A stretch of 64,000 bases of DNA from Mobula hypostoma (taxonomy: Eukaryota). This document shows positions 1 to 12,600 of this stretch, piece by piece. The notes under the pieces are model-generated. The model did no database searches and was not told the DNA's origin. It saw only the letters and a list, made by a program, of their open reading frames with translations. The translations under genes were made by a program, and so were the position numbers. How positions within the stretch are numbered: position 1 is the stretch's first letter; each line of letters opens with the position of its first letter. Location: assembly GCF_963921235.1 (NCBI RefSeq), contig NC_086118.1, positions 23,810,001 to 23,874,000 of the forward strand, read 5' to 3'.

Positions 1-261
1 AGAAACCTACAATGAATAATCCAAGGCAGAGAGGGAATGTTTTATAAACCACTTGTTTCATCCAAGATGGAGAGATGAAAGCAACTCCAAACATCTGCAA
101 AAAATAAGAATCTCTTATCCCACTTGGAATAAGAAGAGAACACAGCACATCTGTCTTTGGTGATATTGTTTAATGCTACACTATTGCTCTTGAGACACTG
201 CAGCTCTTTGTCACATAGAATTTCCGTTGTTAAATGAAAGGTTCCATGATCCTAAACAAAA

Positions 262-1180
262 AAGAGTCTGCAAATGCTGCACGTCCACCCTAAAGCATAC
301 ACAAAATGCTGGAGGAACTCAGCAGGTCTGGCAGTATCTGTGGAATGGAATAAACAATCAAAGTTTCAGGCCAAGACTCTTCTTCAGGACTGGGAAGGAA
401 AGATGAAGATGCTAGAATAAAAAGCTTGGGGGAGGAGAGGAGGATTAGCTAGAAGATGATAGGTGAAGCCAGGTGGGTGGGAAAGGTAAAAGACTGGAGA
501 AGAAAGAATCTGATAGGACAGGAGAGTGGACCATGGTAGAAAAGGAAGATGGAGGGGTACCAGATGATAGGCAGGTGGGGAGAAAAGGTAAGAGGTCAGA
601 GTGGGGAATAGAAGAAGAAGGAAGGGGGAAGGGAAAAAATGGAACAAGAAATCAATGTTCATTCCATCTGGTTGGAGGCTATTTAGGCAGAATATGAGGT
701 GTGCCTCCTCCACCCTGATAGTGGCCTCATCTTGGCAAAGGAGGAGGCCATGGACAAAAATGTAGGAACAGAAACAAGATAATTAAAATGGTTGGCCTGC
801 AGGAAATTCCACTTCTGGCAGATGGAGCCAAATTGCTCAACAAAGCAACACCCAAGTTTATTTCGGGTCTCACCAATGTCGAGGAGGCTGCCATAGACAA
901 CCTCGACGTATTTGCAAATGAAGTGGTGCCTTGCCTCGAGGGGCTGCTTGGGACCCTGAATGGAGGTACGGGAGGAAGTGAATATGCATGTGTAGCATTT
1001 CTGCCATTTTTCAGAGATATGTGCTAGGAAGGAAATTTCAAATGGATGAAGGGATCACAGAAAGTGGATAGTTGTTGGGGGAGGGGGGATGTCATGAGGT
1101 GTTTTTTAGTTGGATCCAGTTGAAAATGATGGAAATTGTGTAGAATGATGTGTTGGATATGGAGGTGAGTGAGGGTGTTA
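262..1180 (-). mobile_element. Penelope-like element (PLE) 3' fragment: decayed GIY-YIG endonuclease C-terminus plus terminal repeat
   Basis: Minus strand reads ...LLDIGETRNKLGCCFVEQ... (YIGET-like motif) and EEAHLIFCLNSLQPDGMNIDF (ORF 384-713), typical of the PLE ORF end. It is followed by a pyrimidine-rich tract and a terminus with a hammerhead-like motif. Confidence 0.8.
355..392 (-). ncRNA. Minimal type I hammerhead ribozyme-like motif (degenerate) in PLE terminus
   Basis: Reverse complement reads CAGTC-CTGAAGA-AGAGTCTTGGCCT-GAAA-CTTT-GATTG. The CUGANGA and GAAA cores and stem I are present; stem II is weakened. Confidence 0.5.
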
Positions 1181-1904
1181 GGTCCCATGATCCAAAGTTC
1201 TTGTAGCAGTTTGGCACATGGTTGGAACTAATCCAGACATATTAGAATTCAACATGAACTGAGAAAAAAAGCATACATATGTGCTTAACATGGACTATAC
1301 ATTCAGTGGCTAATTAATTAGATACACCTCTACAACTGCTCATTAATACAAATATCTAATCAGCCAATCATGTGACAGTTCACCCTCTCCAACTCCAGTC
1401 ATAGTTTCCTTCCTTTGTCCTTGTGCTTAATTGTTACCTGCCACTTCATCACGAAGTACAGAGCAGTTAATATTTTTTAGTCAAAACTTCTAATAAAGAA
1501 TAAATATAGTACTAAGATAGTCTTACATTGAAGAAGCTGCACCTGCTGAGTTTCTAGGCCTTTATCTCAGATAGACAATCATTTTTCAGTTTAAGTTCCG
1601 TTTCAGTTAGTTTTCAGTTTTAGCAGATGGGCATGAATCATTAAAACTCTGCTGAGAAGACCTGTGACTTATCACATTTAGCTAAATTGCTGCCAGCCAT
1701 TGTGAGAAATCAAACTGCAGCACTCTGTAAACATGCTTGTAAAAAATACCGTGTTCTCTGTCAATATTTCCTGTTCCATAGTGAAAATAGAAAATGTCAG
1801 AATCTACCAGCTAATCTGGCAGCACTGGAAGGAAACAAAATGCCTTGTCAGAATGTGGTCAAGGAGTAAGGTTGGAATGGGAACAATGCCTCGTCAGAAT
1901 TCCA

Positions 1905-2070
1905 GTTACTGTCTGTAATGAGTCTGTACGTTCTCCCCATGACCATGTGGGTTTCCTCCGGGTGCTCCGGATTCCTCCCACATTCCAAAGATGTATGGGT
2001 TAGCAAGTTAGCTCAATGGTGTGGGCTCATTAGGCTAGAAGGGCCTGTTGTCATATCAAATAAATAAATG
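1905..2070 (+). mobile_element. V-SINE (HE1-like) fragment
   Basis: Contains the V-domain GTTCTCCCC...GTGGGTTTCCTCCGGGTGCTCCGG..TTCCTCCCACA.TCCAAAGA and a (TAAA)n tail. Confidence 0.8.
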
Positions 2071-3255
2071 GCACTAATCCATTCTTCCACTTCCTCCATT
2101 TCATTGTATTTGCTCCAATAATGAGACTTTTTAACAATGCCTCTTGAAAATCTTTCCCCTTTCTGAACCATGTCTTCCCCCCTACCTTCATTATCAAAAC
2201 CCTTGAACAGATCTCATCTATTTCCTGCACTTCTCCTCTTACCCACATCTTCCACCTGGGCACATTTACTGCCTTAAGGTCTCTATTGAATTCTACATCT
2301 TCAGATAACTTGACTTGGTACATACCCATTGTCCATCTCTGATATTAGCTCAACTTGTGGTTTTCTTTTCCTCCCTGGGAGTGAAGGACATGAACATCCT
2401 GATCTGCTGGCATGATCTCCTGATCTGCATTTTGCAACTTCACCTGCTGTGACTAGGCTTTTTTGATCTATGGTCTCCTTCTCCAACTGCTCACATTCAC
2501 TCATTGACGTGGTAACCTTGCTCATTATCACTATCTGATCCCCATGGCTTCTCTGGTTTCACCCCATTGGGGGCATCACATTCAAATTCAAACTAAATGT
2601 TGTCACTGACTTGATCTTTTCAGTGTTCTGAACTATTTGCCTCGCTGCGGCACGGACAACCTAGTAATTGTACAGGTTAGAACTGACACTAGGTTTCTAT
2701 CGCTTCAGAGTCATCATCTTTTGTATATATTCAACCAAAACTTTAAAATATGAACATTGGCTTCAAATTAAAATGTCAGTTCCATTAGCCTCCACATACT
2801 GATTACTCCAATAACTCGCTGTGTAGAAGGCATACCACACTCATTGTGTCCATCTGTGTTGACAATCAATTTCACTTTGAAGAAAATGATACTGCACATA
2901 AATTTATTTCAGATTAACAATACATCTACAATAAATGCCTGCTGCCACAGTAGTGCATTTAACTTACAAGCCATTTGTGGTTAAGGGCTCTTCTTTATTT
3001 ATCAGGATGCAATACTCAACTCATATTATGAATATAGGGATATATCTGCAGGACGGGGATAATCACTCTGATTCAGACACAGACCTTTGTTTTAAATAAG
3101 ATTTAAACTATTCTTTGTTTGAGATGTAGACTTCATTAACAGTAGGTAGAACAAATGGCTATTAGGAGGAAAAGGAATTGAACTGAGGAGAGTGAAAAAT
3201 AGAAGCTTTTCAGGAGCTCATACTGACTAGAAAATTATATTGTACTTAACTGACA

Positions 3256-4364
3256 ACATAGTATAGTAGTCATAGTCATACTTTATTGATCCCGGGAGAA
3301 ATTGGTTTTCGTTATAGTTGCACCATAAATAATTAAATAGTGATAAAACCATAAATAATTACACAGTAATATGTAAATTATGCCAGGAAATAAGTCCAGG
3401 ACCAGTCTATTGGCTCAGGGTGTCTGACCCTCCAGGGGAGGAGTTGTAAAGTTTGATGGCCACAGGCAGGAATGACTTCCTATGACGCTCTGTGCTGCAT
3501 CTCGGAGGAATGAGTCTCTGGCTGAATGTACTTCTGTGCCCAACCAGTACATTATGTAGTGGATGGGAGACATTGTCCAAGATGGCATGCAATTTGGACA
3601 GCATCCTCTTTTCAGACACCACCGTCAGAGAGTCCAGTTCCATCCCCACAACATCACTGGCCTTACGAATGAGTTTGTTGATTCTGTTGGTGTCTGCTAA
3701 CCTCAGCCTGCTGCCCCAGCACACAACAGCAAACATGATCGCACTGGCCACCACAGATTCGTAGAACATCCTCAGCATCGTCGGATAGATGTTAAAGGAC
3801 CTCAGTCTCCTCAGGAAATAGAGGCGGCTCTGACCCTTCTTGTAGACAGCCTCAGTGTTCTTTGACCAGTCCAGTTTTTTGTCAATTCGTATCCCCAGGT
3901 ATTTCTAATCCTCCACCATGTCCACACTGACTTCCTGGATGGAAACAGGGGTCACCGGTGTCTTAGCTCTCCTCAGGTCTACCACCAGCTCCTTAGTCTT
4001 TTTAACATTAAGCTGCAGATAATTCTGCTCACACAATGTGACAAAGTTTCCTACCGTAGCCCTGTACTCAGCCTCATCTCCCTTGCTGATGCATCCAACT
4101 ATGGCAGAGTCATTGGAAAACTTCTGAAGATGACAAGACTCTGTGCAGTAGTTGAAGTCCGAGGTGTAAATGGTGAAGAGAAAGGGAGACAAGACAGTCC
4201 CCTGTGGAGCCCCAGTGCTGCTAATCACTCTGTCGGACACACAGTGTTGCAAGCACACGTACTGTGGTCTGTCAGTCAGGTAATCAAGAATCCATGACAC
4301 CAGGAAAGCATCCACATGCATCGCTGTCAGCTTCTCCCCCAGCAGAGCAGGGCGGATGAGGGTG
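3256..4364 (-). mobile_element. Rex1/Babar-clade LINE, 5'-truncated, near-intact RT C-terminal half
   Basis: ORFs 3905-4516 (GAPQGTVLSPFLFTIYTSDF...QKFSNDSAIVG...LNVKKTKELVVD) and 3407-3778; (ATGACT)n-type tail at 3256-3280; highly similar copy at 39093-39892. Confidence 0.92.
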
Positions 4365-4654
4365 CAGTTTAAAATAATTTTAACATATGAATAAGCACAA
4401 ATCTCCAATTTCAGGAACACACTATCCATTAAAATTAATCTAAAATCAAGTTCTTCAGTATTGTCAGTTTGTGATGTTCGATAAAAAATATTGCGGCTTA
4501 TATATATTTTTGACACATTAATGTATATATGGCACTATGCTCTTAGACACTGGTACAATGTTTACAAGCCCATATTTTAAAGGGGAAGATCTCCAAAATA
4601 ATACGCTTGTGTTTTGCTTTATGGCTGAATTGTTTTAAACAAAAAAAAATTGGT

Positions 4655-4872
4655 GGAAACAACTTGCAGATCAGACAGAACCTGTGAAGAAGGAATAAAG
4701 TTCATCTATCGGGTTGAAGATTCCTCATTAGAAATAAATATGGTAAATAATTCTGAGGAATGCCCTTTGATCTGAAGCACAAACTCTGGTTTTCCTTCCA
4801 TTGATGCTGCCTGACCTTCTGAGTGCTTCCAGCATTTTTATTTTTTATTTCAGATTTGCGGCATCTGCAATA
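4655..4872. mobile_element. Old PLE-terminus-derived element with short inverted halves
   Basis: Right half has GATGCTGCCTGACCTTCTGAGTGCTTCCAGCATTTT...GCATCTGCA; the left half is a diverged reverse complement of the same terminus. Confidence 0.5.
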
Positions 4873-5409
4873 TTATTTTAGATTAGGTTTAAATCAAGCT
4901 TCGTTTCTGTTACACTATATATGTACAGGAAATTTAAAATGTGAAATCCCAGAATCTAAGCTGGAATATTTTCTGTTTCTTTTGAAGAAGACAAGTGTGA
5001 AAAAGAAATCACACTTTTCTTCAGATTTTGTTAATTATATTGAAGGTTTAAAAATTTTTGTGTGTAAATTTTCACTCCTAGATACCATTGACTGTATTTA
5101 ATATGCCACTAACTCTCATGTTCACTTTGATTCAAGTGACAGATAACATTTTGGAAGATAACATTTTTTAAATCCTGCAGCTTTTGATCTGTTTACAAAG
5201 AAGGAAAAATCACCACCAAATGAACGGGATGAAAATTAGTTTGACAAGATGGAAATGAAACTTAATATTTTCTTTCACTATGAATGCAATGAATAATGTA
5301 ATTGTTTAGGGCGCAGGAATCTGAGCGTTGCACCCTCCAACCCACAAGATGTTGGTCTTCACCCTGATGCATGTTTCAGTCATAGGAGAGCTGTGGATGG
5401 TGGTAAACC

Positions 5410-5666
5410 CACATGAGGTCTAGAATTAACTCAGACTTGAAATAAGCAAGACGACACAAACAAAATCCAAAGGTGTAATCACAAACAGTAGTACTACAAT
5501 TGGAACTTCTACAATTGAGCACTGGGCATGAGGCCTTTAAGTACAGACTTTCCGTGAAGGAATGTGGCAGGCAATAATTAGCAGTCTAAGTCTTAATAGG
5601 GCAGTAGTAGCTAACCATACTCTGGAGAATAGGACTGCTGAACCTCTTTCACTTGTGACCATGACA
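5410..5666 (-). repeat. 3' LTR of the Gypsy element
   Basis: Starts TG right after the purine tract. Shares GGTCTAGAATTAACTCAGACT and GGCAG..G.A.CTAACCATACT blocks with 11055-11180. Confidence 0.7.
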
Positions 5667-8403
5667 GAAGCCCCCTTCTACAGCTGACTCCCAATGGTCG
5701 AGAGCAATGAGGTTGGTGAAAGTCCTCAATCAAGGTAGGGACCAGAATGTCCCATGAAGGAATCCAACTTCCTTCTTCTGGGCTTCACTCCCAATCAATG
5801 CCGTACTGCCTTTTACTTCGAACAATGTGGGTGTCCAAAAATCACCACACTGGGAAGGTGGGTTCTGAGAGGTGGAGGAGGTTTGCAAATTGGAGCCAAG
5901 GAGCTGGCACTCAAGGGCTTCATGGGCGGTGTATGTGGAATGTGGTGCGAATCTGCATGGAGCTCAGGAGATGGAGGTGATAGGCAACTGGATTGACGCT
6001 TGCAGGATTTTGAACAGAGCAATGTAATGAGAGGCCAGTTTTCTGGATTCAACCCACGTGGGGAGATTTCTAGTTGAGAGCCAGACCTGCTGACTGGGAA
6101 GAAGTGTTGGTCCCTGTCTTCCCCAGCAGTTGCCCTGGTCTTGTAGTTGCAATACAGCCAACAACATCTCTTTTGCTTTAACCCCTTTCTGGTGGCATCT
6201 CTGGACCAGATGGACCGCAGATGGAATCCCCACCAACGCTTCTTGTTCCGGGCACAGCAGAAGATGGTATCCAAATTGGCATTCGAAATGGAACATCCCA
6301 ATAGACGAGTGGTGAAGTGTGTTGTTCAAAAACTCTGCCCAGATCAGGTTGTCACTCCAGGTGGTAGGTTGCCCTGATGCTAGACTTCCGAGTGTTCTCT
6401 CTAGGCCTTGGTTGACCCTCTCAATTTGCCAGTTGGTCTGAGGATAAAACCTGGATGATAAACTGGCAGAGGCACTGACAGGCTCACAAGAGGCCTTTCA
6501 AGACCTAGAGGCAAACTGGGGGCCATGATCGAAGACGATCTCCTGGGGGAAACGGTGAATCCTGAAGACATGCTGTAACATGAGCTTGGTGGTCGCTGAA
6601 GCTGATGGTAGTTTGGGAAGGAGTACAAAGCAGTAGGCCTTAGAGAATCAGTCTACAACCACCATGATTACTGTATTACCCTGAGATGCTGGAAGACCAG
6701 TAACAAGTCCACAGAAATGTAGGACCAAGGGCAAGTAGGAATGGGGAGAGGCTGAAACAGACTGAGAGACTGTGCTTGGGGTTCTTTATTTTGTGTGCAG
6801 ACATCACAGGCTAAGGCATGTTCCCGGACATCTTTATTTATGCCTTGTTACCAACAATGTCTCCTGATTAACTCTAGAGTTCGAGCCACCCCCTGGATGC
6901 CCAGACAGATTTGAAGCATGTTCCCAGATGAGTGCCTCCAAATGAACAGATTTGGGAACAAAGATAGCTCCAAGAGGACTACTACCCAAGTCTGCCCCAC
7001 AATGCACTTGGGCTCAGTACATTATCAATGCTCCAGTAGATGCACGCCACCACTCTGGAACTGGGAGTTATAGATGAATGGTTCTCTTCCCATTAGGTGC
7101 TATGAATTGTTGGGACCGGGTATCTGTTTTTTTTAATTTTTTTGATCATGATGGTAAGTAATAAGGAATTTGAACCTATTGAAGAATAGACACCAACAAG
7201 CCCAGCTGAAGTTCAGCCTCTTTGCATCCTGGGTGAAAGCTAGGTTTTTGTGGTCGGTCCATACCACAAATGGATGTTTAGATTCCTCAGACGAGTGCCT
7301 CCACTCCTCTAGTACCAGTTTAACTACCAACAATTCCCACTGTTGTAGTTTGCCTCCATGGGAGAAAGACGTCTTGAGTAGAAGACACAGGGATGCAATT
7401 TGTAGTCTGACGCAGTTTGTTGGGACAAGACAGCCCCTACTCCTAAGTCCGATACATCGACCTACACAACAAAAGGTAAGTCCAGGTATGGTGGAACTAG
7501 GATGGGTGTGGACGTGAATCTTTGTTTTAACTCCACAAAAACCACCTCAGCCTTTGGAGTTCAGTGGAAGGCCACAGTGAGGGTGGTGAGTGGTGCCGTC
7601 ACTGAACTGAAATTGTGGACGAACTGTCTGTAAAAACCTAGACACTACTGGAGTTACTTCACAGAGGTGGGTCGAGACCAATTCTGCATGGTCTGGGTCT
7701 TATCAGTGTGGTCTAGGTCTTATCAGAGTCCATTTATAGTGTGCTATTAGATATAACAAATGCAAGGAAGGAGACTGTGGATATGTGGAATTTGTTCTTC
7801 TTGAGATTGGCAAATACTTGTTGCTTGAGAAGCTGTTATGGAAGCTGCCAGATGTGCTAGACATGTTCTTCGGTGGATCAAGAGAAAACGTGTATATCTA
7901 TTAGGCAGACAAAGATGAAGAGGTGTAGCATCTCCCAGAACACCTCATTGATAAAGGCTTGAAATACCACTGGAGAGTTTGCCAACCTGAAAGCCATGGC
8001 CCATTGTGTTGAATGGTGTTTTCAATTTGTTTCCCTCATGAATGTAGGTAAGGTTTTAGGTACTACGGAGGTCCAATTTGATAAATACTTAGCTCCCTGG
8101 AGAAATTCAAAGGACTTTTAACAGTGACCTTATTTAGCCACTTATAGTCTATGTAGGGCCTTCGTCCACCATCCTTCTTGGTGACGAAGAAAAACCCTGC
8201 CCCAGTGGGAGATGCAGAAGGTCGAATAAACCCAGATACCAGAGCTTATTGGATGTAGTCCTCTGTGATGTTTCTGAGAGAGAGTAGAGCCATCCCCAAG
8301 GAATACAAGTAACCGGAGGTAAATTGATGATTTAGTCGTGGTCGTAGTGAGATGGTAGAGTGGTGGCCTTTTACTTGCTGAAGATCTCCAGCAGGACTGA
8401 ATA

Positions 8404-9991
8404 CAGGTTGCCCCCGCCATCCGAAGGTAGAGCGTTCCTATGAAACGGTTTGTAAGCTGAAACGTCGTAAAGCGAAGAAGCAATTACCATTTATTTATAT
8501 GGGAAAACTTTGTGAGCGTTCGCAGACCCCAAAATAACCAAAATAACAATGACAAATAACACATAAAACCTTAAATAACAGTAACATGTCGTAAAAGCAA
8601 AAAATGATATGATAAATACACAGCCTGTATAAAGTAGAAATACTTCTCTACAACGTTTGCCTGCACAGATCTCTGTAGCGAAAATCTCACGCAAGCGCTG
8701 TGGCATAAATGTGCTCTCCACTAACCTTTAAGCTATGAGGCTGCCAAATCTACCAATTAACACATAAAAATACACAGCCTATATAAAGTTGAAATAATGT
8801 ATGTACAGTGTAGTATCACTTACCGGAATCGGGAAGACAGCTTGCCAAGCACACTGATGATGGTGTGTTGGACTGAGTCGTCACAGGCTGGGTGGTGCAG
8901 TGGCCCCCACCCTCCGGGCTGCCGACCCGATACATTGCCGCGAAGAATGCAACAGTAGCCAGGAGGCACACAGCACATCTTTAAGAAAAAAGCCGAAATA
9001 AACATGTTAATTAATTAGGTGCCGCTGACACGTAATTTTCAGCCCAGATCAGAGACGATGTAATCAGAAATCGGCACTGATCTGGGCCGACAATTACGTG
9101 TCGGCGGCACCTAATTAATTAGCTTGTTTATTTCGGCTTTTATCGTAAAGATGCGCTGTGTGCCTTCCGGCTACCATTGCATTCTCCGCGAATCGGTACA
9201 GTATCTGTCCGGGGCCCAAGGGTTGGGGTGGTGGGACACGGGGATGTCATCTCATCGTCGATTAGGGCAGGCAGCTCATCTTCTCCTATGACTGCCCGCC
9301 TTGATGTCGAAGATCGGGGTTCGTCGTCTGCTGTGGCTGATGTGGAAGACTTGCTTGACTGCTGAGCCTCGCATTTTTCTATCATACAGTTGTTTGTAAG
9401 GACTCAAACCACCCTGCAAATATCCCCTAAACCTACGTACCCTTTCAAAATTAAAGTTGTACTTTATCATTGCAGCAAAAATCTCATGCAGTTGCTTCAC
9501 GTTCAGTTCGCTACTGCATTCAGTTTCGATTCCTCTTCCAATTGCATCAGCTCTTCATCTGTAAGATCTTGGTCATGGAATGCCAAAATCTCTTCAACAT
9601 CATCTTTGTCAGCTTCCATAAGCCAAATTCACTTTGTCCTTGCTTCGTCCACCACGATCGAAACGCTTAATTATGTCTAGTTTTACACTAAGTGTAACAC
9701 CCTTACGAGCTCTTTTAGGCTTTTCCGATACCTTAGAACTCATCTTGCTAATGGCTGCTCACAGGCAAGTGTTTAAGCAATGCCGTTCCGAATCCGGGCG
9801 AGAGTGGCTGCTCGGGACGCGCGCTGCATTTTATCGCGCACTGATTTTTTTGCGCGCTGATTTTTTATCGCGCGCTGCCTTTCTTCGTAACAGTGAAAAC
9901 ACCTTTTGAAAGCGAAAACAGGGTACCAATGTAGGTCTTTCGTAACAGTGAGGTTTCTTAAAGCGAACGTTCGGAAAGCGGGAGACACCTG
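8404..9991 (-). mobile_element. Tigger/pogo-type DNA transposon, internally deleted non-autonomous copy, inserted in the Gypsy pol
   Basis: TA on both sides (8402-8403, 9992-9993). Imperfect TIRs CAGGTTGCCCCCGCCATCCGAA / CAGGTGTCTCCCGCTTTCCGAA. Minus strand MSSKVSEKPKRARKGVTLSVKLDIIKRFDRG (CENP-B-type HTH start) is joined directly to the acidic C-terminal segment DDVEEILAFHDQDLTDEELMQLEEE; the DDE core is missing. Confidence 0.9.
8939..9190. repeat. Long inverted repeat (arms ~114 bp, spacer ~24 bp) inside the Tigger
   Basis: 8939-9052 is an imperfect reverse complement of 9077-9190 (e.g. TAATTAATTAGGTGCCGCTGACACGTAATT / AATTACGTGTCGGCGGCACCTAATTAATTA). Confidence 0.92.
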
Positions 9992-11054
9992 TATTCTGTA
10001 GGTACTCTAGGCAAATCAGATGCACTGAGGTTAGAGGTGGAAGGTTCCACACGTAATTCAGGAGGTATCTCGGAAATAGTCTCAGAAGTTGGCTTGGAAG
10101 TTGTCATAGGCCCCTTCTTTTTGCACTGATTTGACCAGCCCAGTAGTCCAGTTGACTCTGTGGGATGACCCAGAATGTGTGTTATTTCTGGGGAGCAAAT
10201 GACATTGAACTGGACTGATTCCATGTGCTGACTTCTCTTGAGCTTGAGTGGGGATGTTTGCTGGTTGATCTGTCCCGGCACCAAAGGTCTCCCATTCAGG
10301 AATGTGCAATGAGCTGCTAGTTGAGACGCAAAAATGGGATTTTCAGTGTTCTGGCCCATAAAAAAAAAAATTCCCTGTTTCACCGGAGTCAATAAAGGCA
10401 TTGAGGGAACGTTGTTGGTTTCCCCGTGAAAGTGATACAGGGAGCACCACTCAGGAGGTAGCTGAACCAAGTGTGAGGCTAACAATTATCACAGCCCTCC
10501 CAATGCTGGACGTCCCGGGAGAGTCCCTGCAGTTTGGGACAAGAGGACCAATAATGTCTGGCCTCTCCACAGTAAATTCAACATAACTCACTCCCTCTTT
10601 TCTCTCTTTCTGCTCAAGGCAGCTCGGTCTGGTCTATTTACTTTGGCTCGTCGGAGGCTGGGATTAGCAGCAGTCAAGGAGGAGTCCAAGCCTGAGGAAT
10701 AGGAGAAGATGGAGGATAGTCAGGTGGAGATTCTCTTCGGAATAATCCTCTTCATGTATGCCTTCTCTTTTCCATTAGTTAGTTATTGAGTTGAATCCCC
10801 AGATCCATAAGACTCTCTGGATATTTCACTGGTGGCAGGCCGCAAGGGCTTCCTTTAGCTTGTCACTCAATCCCTTATGGAATATAGCTCCCATATTCCA
10901 TATGGCCAAGGTACAAATTACTATGGAATAATCACCCACTGACTGATTCCCCTGGTACAAGGTGAAGTGCTTTATCATAGACCCATGTCCTCCGGGGGTG
11001 GGGGGGGGGGAGGTTGTGCGGGGGGGAGGGAGCTAGAACACTTTCCAAGTGTAG

Positions 11055-11180
11055 TGCAAGGTCTAGAATTAACTCAGACTCAGACTCAAAATAAACAAGG
11101 GCAGCGGCAACTAACCATACTGCGGGAAATTGGAGTGCCGAAACTTAGATACCTGCTGCTATTCAGTTGGGATCATGGTA
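11055..11180 (-). repeat. Internally deleted 5' LTR remnant of the Gypsy element
   Basis: Direct-orientation similarity to both ends of 5410-5666 with the middle missing. Confidence 0.6.
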
Positions 11181-11719
11181 GTTCCTTCTTGTTTTAACAG
11201 GAAGTAGCGGTTGTATCCATCAATGCTTGGAAAAAGTGGCCATGAGGTTATAACAGCACGCAAAAAGCTGGAGTAACGTAGCAGTTCAGCCTGTCTCAGT
11301 GAAGTTAAGCCCCTTCATCTGGACAGGTTGTAGTGCTGGATTCAGGATCAGGTATGTGTAAATGGTTTTCCATTATCTGAAGAAAGTGAGCCAGTGTTCA
11401 GCGCTGTACTAAGAAAGCCTGCACAACCTCGAGTTTCTCAACCTACAGTTTTCAATTTCTTCAACCTTTCCTCTCTCTTTAACCATATTTTGTAACTAAC
11501 TTTCTCCAATCTTGTTGTGTCCACACTTACTTCATTTCTTCTGATGGGAAGAATGAGACAAAGCACAATAATTCTTATTACTAAACCTTTTATTTTCACA
11601 GAGAGGAGGCTATTTTGAAAGAAATTAATGTGTCCTTGATATGAGAAACTCCAGAGAGAAAGGCTTCCTTCTGAAAACTATGACCATCTTCTTTTGCACC
11701 AGCCATATTGCCATATCCT

Positions 11720-12375
11720 GCAGACTTCCATCAGCCTCCATTGCCACCCTTCCTCCCCGAACCACTGAATTTGCTTCTCCAGGGCTACTTGATGCATGTA
11801 CAATTAAATCCTGTCTTGTTAAGTTTGCATATTTTCTGGGTTTCTTATATCTATGTCTGGATGAAGGCTGCAATGAGATATGAAGCTTGGCGCTGTAGAA
11901 CTCAAAATGTTTATCAGTGGGCAGTTTATTACAGTGTTGTCTTCTTCACCAGTACCTTGGGATCAAGGGTAATTTACTCCCATATCATTCTTGTAGTTTT
12001 CTACCGAGCCTAACATTGGAACCAGCAGTCAGCTCCTTTCACTGCTTACAAGGGGCATCTGTCTGCTCCCTATGCATGGTTCTGGGGTTCCCAATACCTT
12101 CCAGAATATTCTTTCACCACTTTGGACAGTAGTGGACACAAGAGGTGGTGGGTGTGTTGCATTTCTTTAAGGAACCTTTGAACACAGCCTCCATTTCTTT
12201 TTCTCTTTCTATCTAATAATTCTTTCCTGTGACAGATGATGGGGTGGAGCATTTTTCTTTAGGCGTTCAGAGAGTAACTTTTTGATGAAACTCAGCAGAT
12301 TGCTGTGGATGGTGTAGGGTCTATAGCAGTAATCAGCTGAGTAGTAATTCTTTGGCTGTGTTTTGTTGGAAGGTT
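11720..12375 (-). mobile_element. Highly decayed non-LTR retrotransposon RT remnant, possibly R4/Dong-like
   Basis: Minus-strand frames give CYRP..IHSNLLSFIKKLLSERL, VINCPL, HCSLHPDIDI and RKGG..RLMEV in the order expected for YRPI..L..RL / GIINW / HxxLHPKSD..RLY..RKEGGRGL. Confidence 0.4.
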
Positions 12376-12407
12376 ATTTAGTGACAGTTAACTACATTGT
12401 TAGCTTT

Positions 12408-12600
12408 GGTTATTATTGTTGTCACATGCTCTGACATACAGTGAAAAACTTTTGTTTACATGCTAACCAGGCAGATGATACCATACTTGATAGGTAGTTT
12501 CTCTCTACTAGAAAGTAGTGCAGAGAAAGACAAATGCAAATATAATGTTGCAGCTACAGAGAAAGTGGAATGCAAATAGACAAATAAATTGGAAGGTGTG
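12408..12600 (-). mobile_element. LINE 3' tail fragment (Rex1/Babar-like)
   Basis: TTATTATTGTTGTCACATG...ACAGTGAAAAACTTTTGTTT pattern resembles the reverse-oriented 3' ends seen elsewhere in the window. Confidence 0.45.

Larger units (their letters stand above)
5410..11180 (-). mobile_element. Decayed Ty3/Gypsy (chromovirus, sushi-like) LTR retrotransposon
   Basis: Minus-strand order: gag zinc-knuckle remnant (~10.6 kb), protease region, RT ([12 protein letters not shown] ~8.2 kb), RNase H (LEEWRH..PFVVWTDHKNL, ORF 7133-7333), integrase (GFHPQTN-like ~6.44 kb), chromodomain (IDWE..EEGSWIPS.DILVP.LIEDFH ~5.7-5.8 kb), then a PPT abutting TGTCATGG at 5666. Many stops and frameshifts. Confidence 0.9.

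Noticed and set aside
3407..4516. Long ORFs resembling database 'uncharacterised' or mis-annotated proteins
   Set aside because: They are LINE reverse transcriptase fragments, not host genes.
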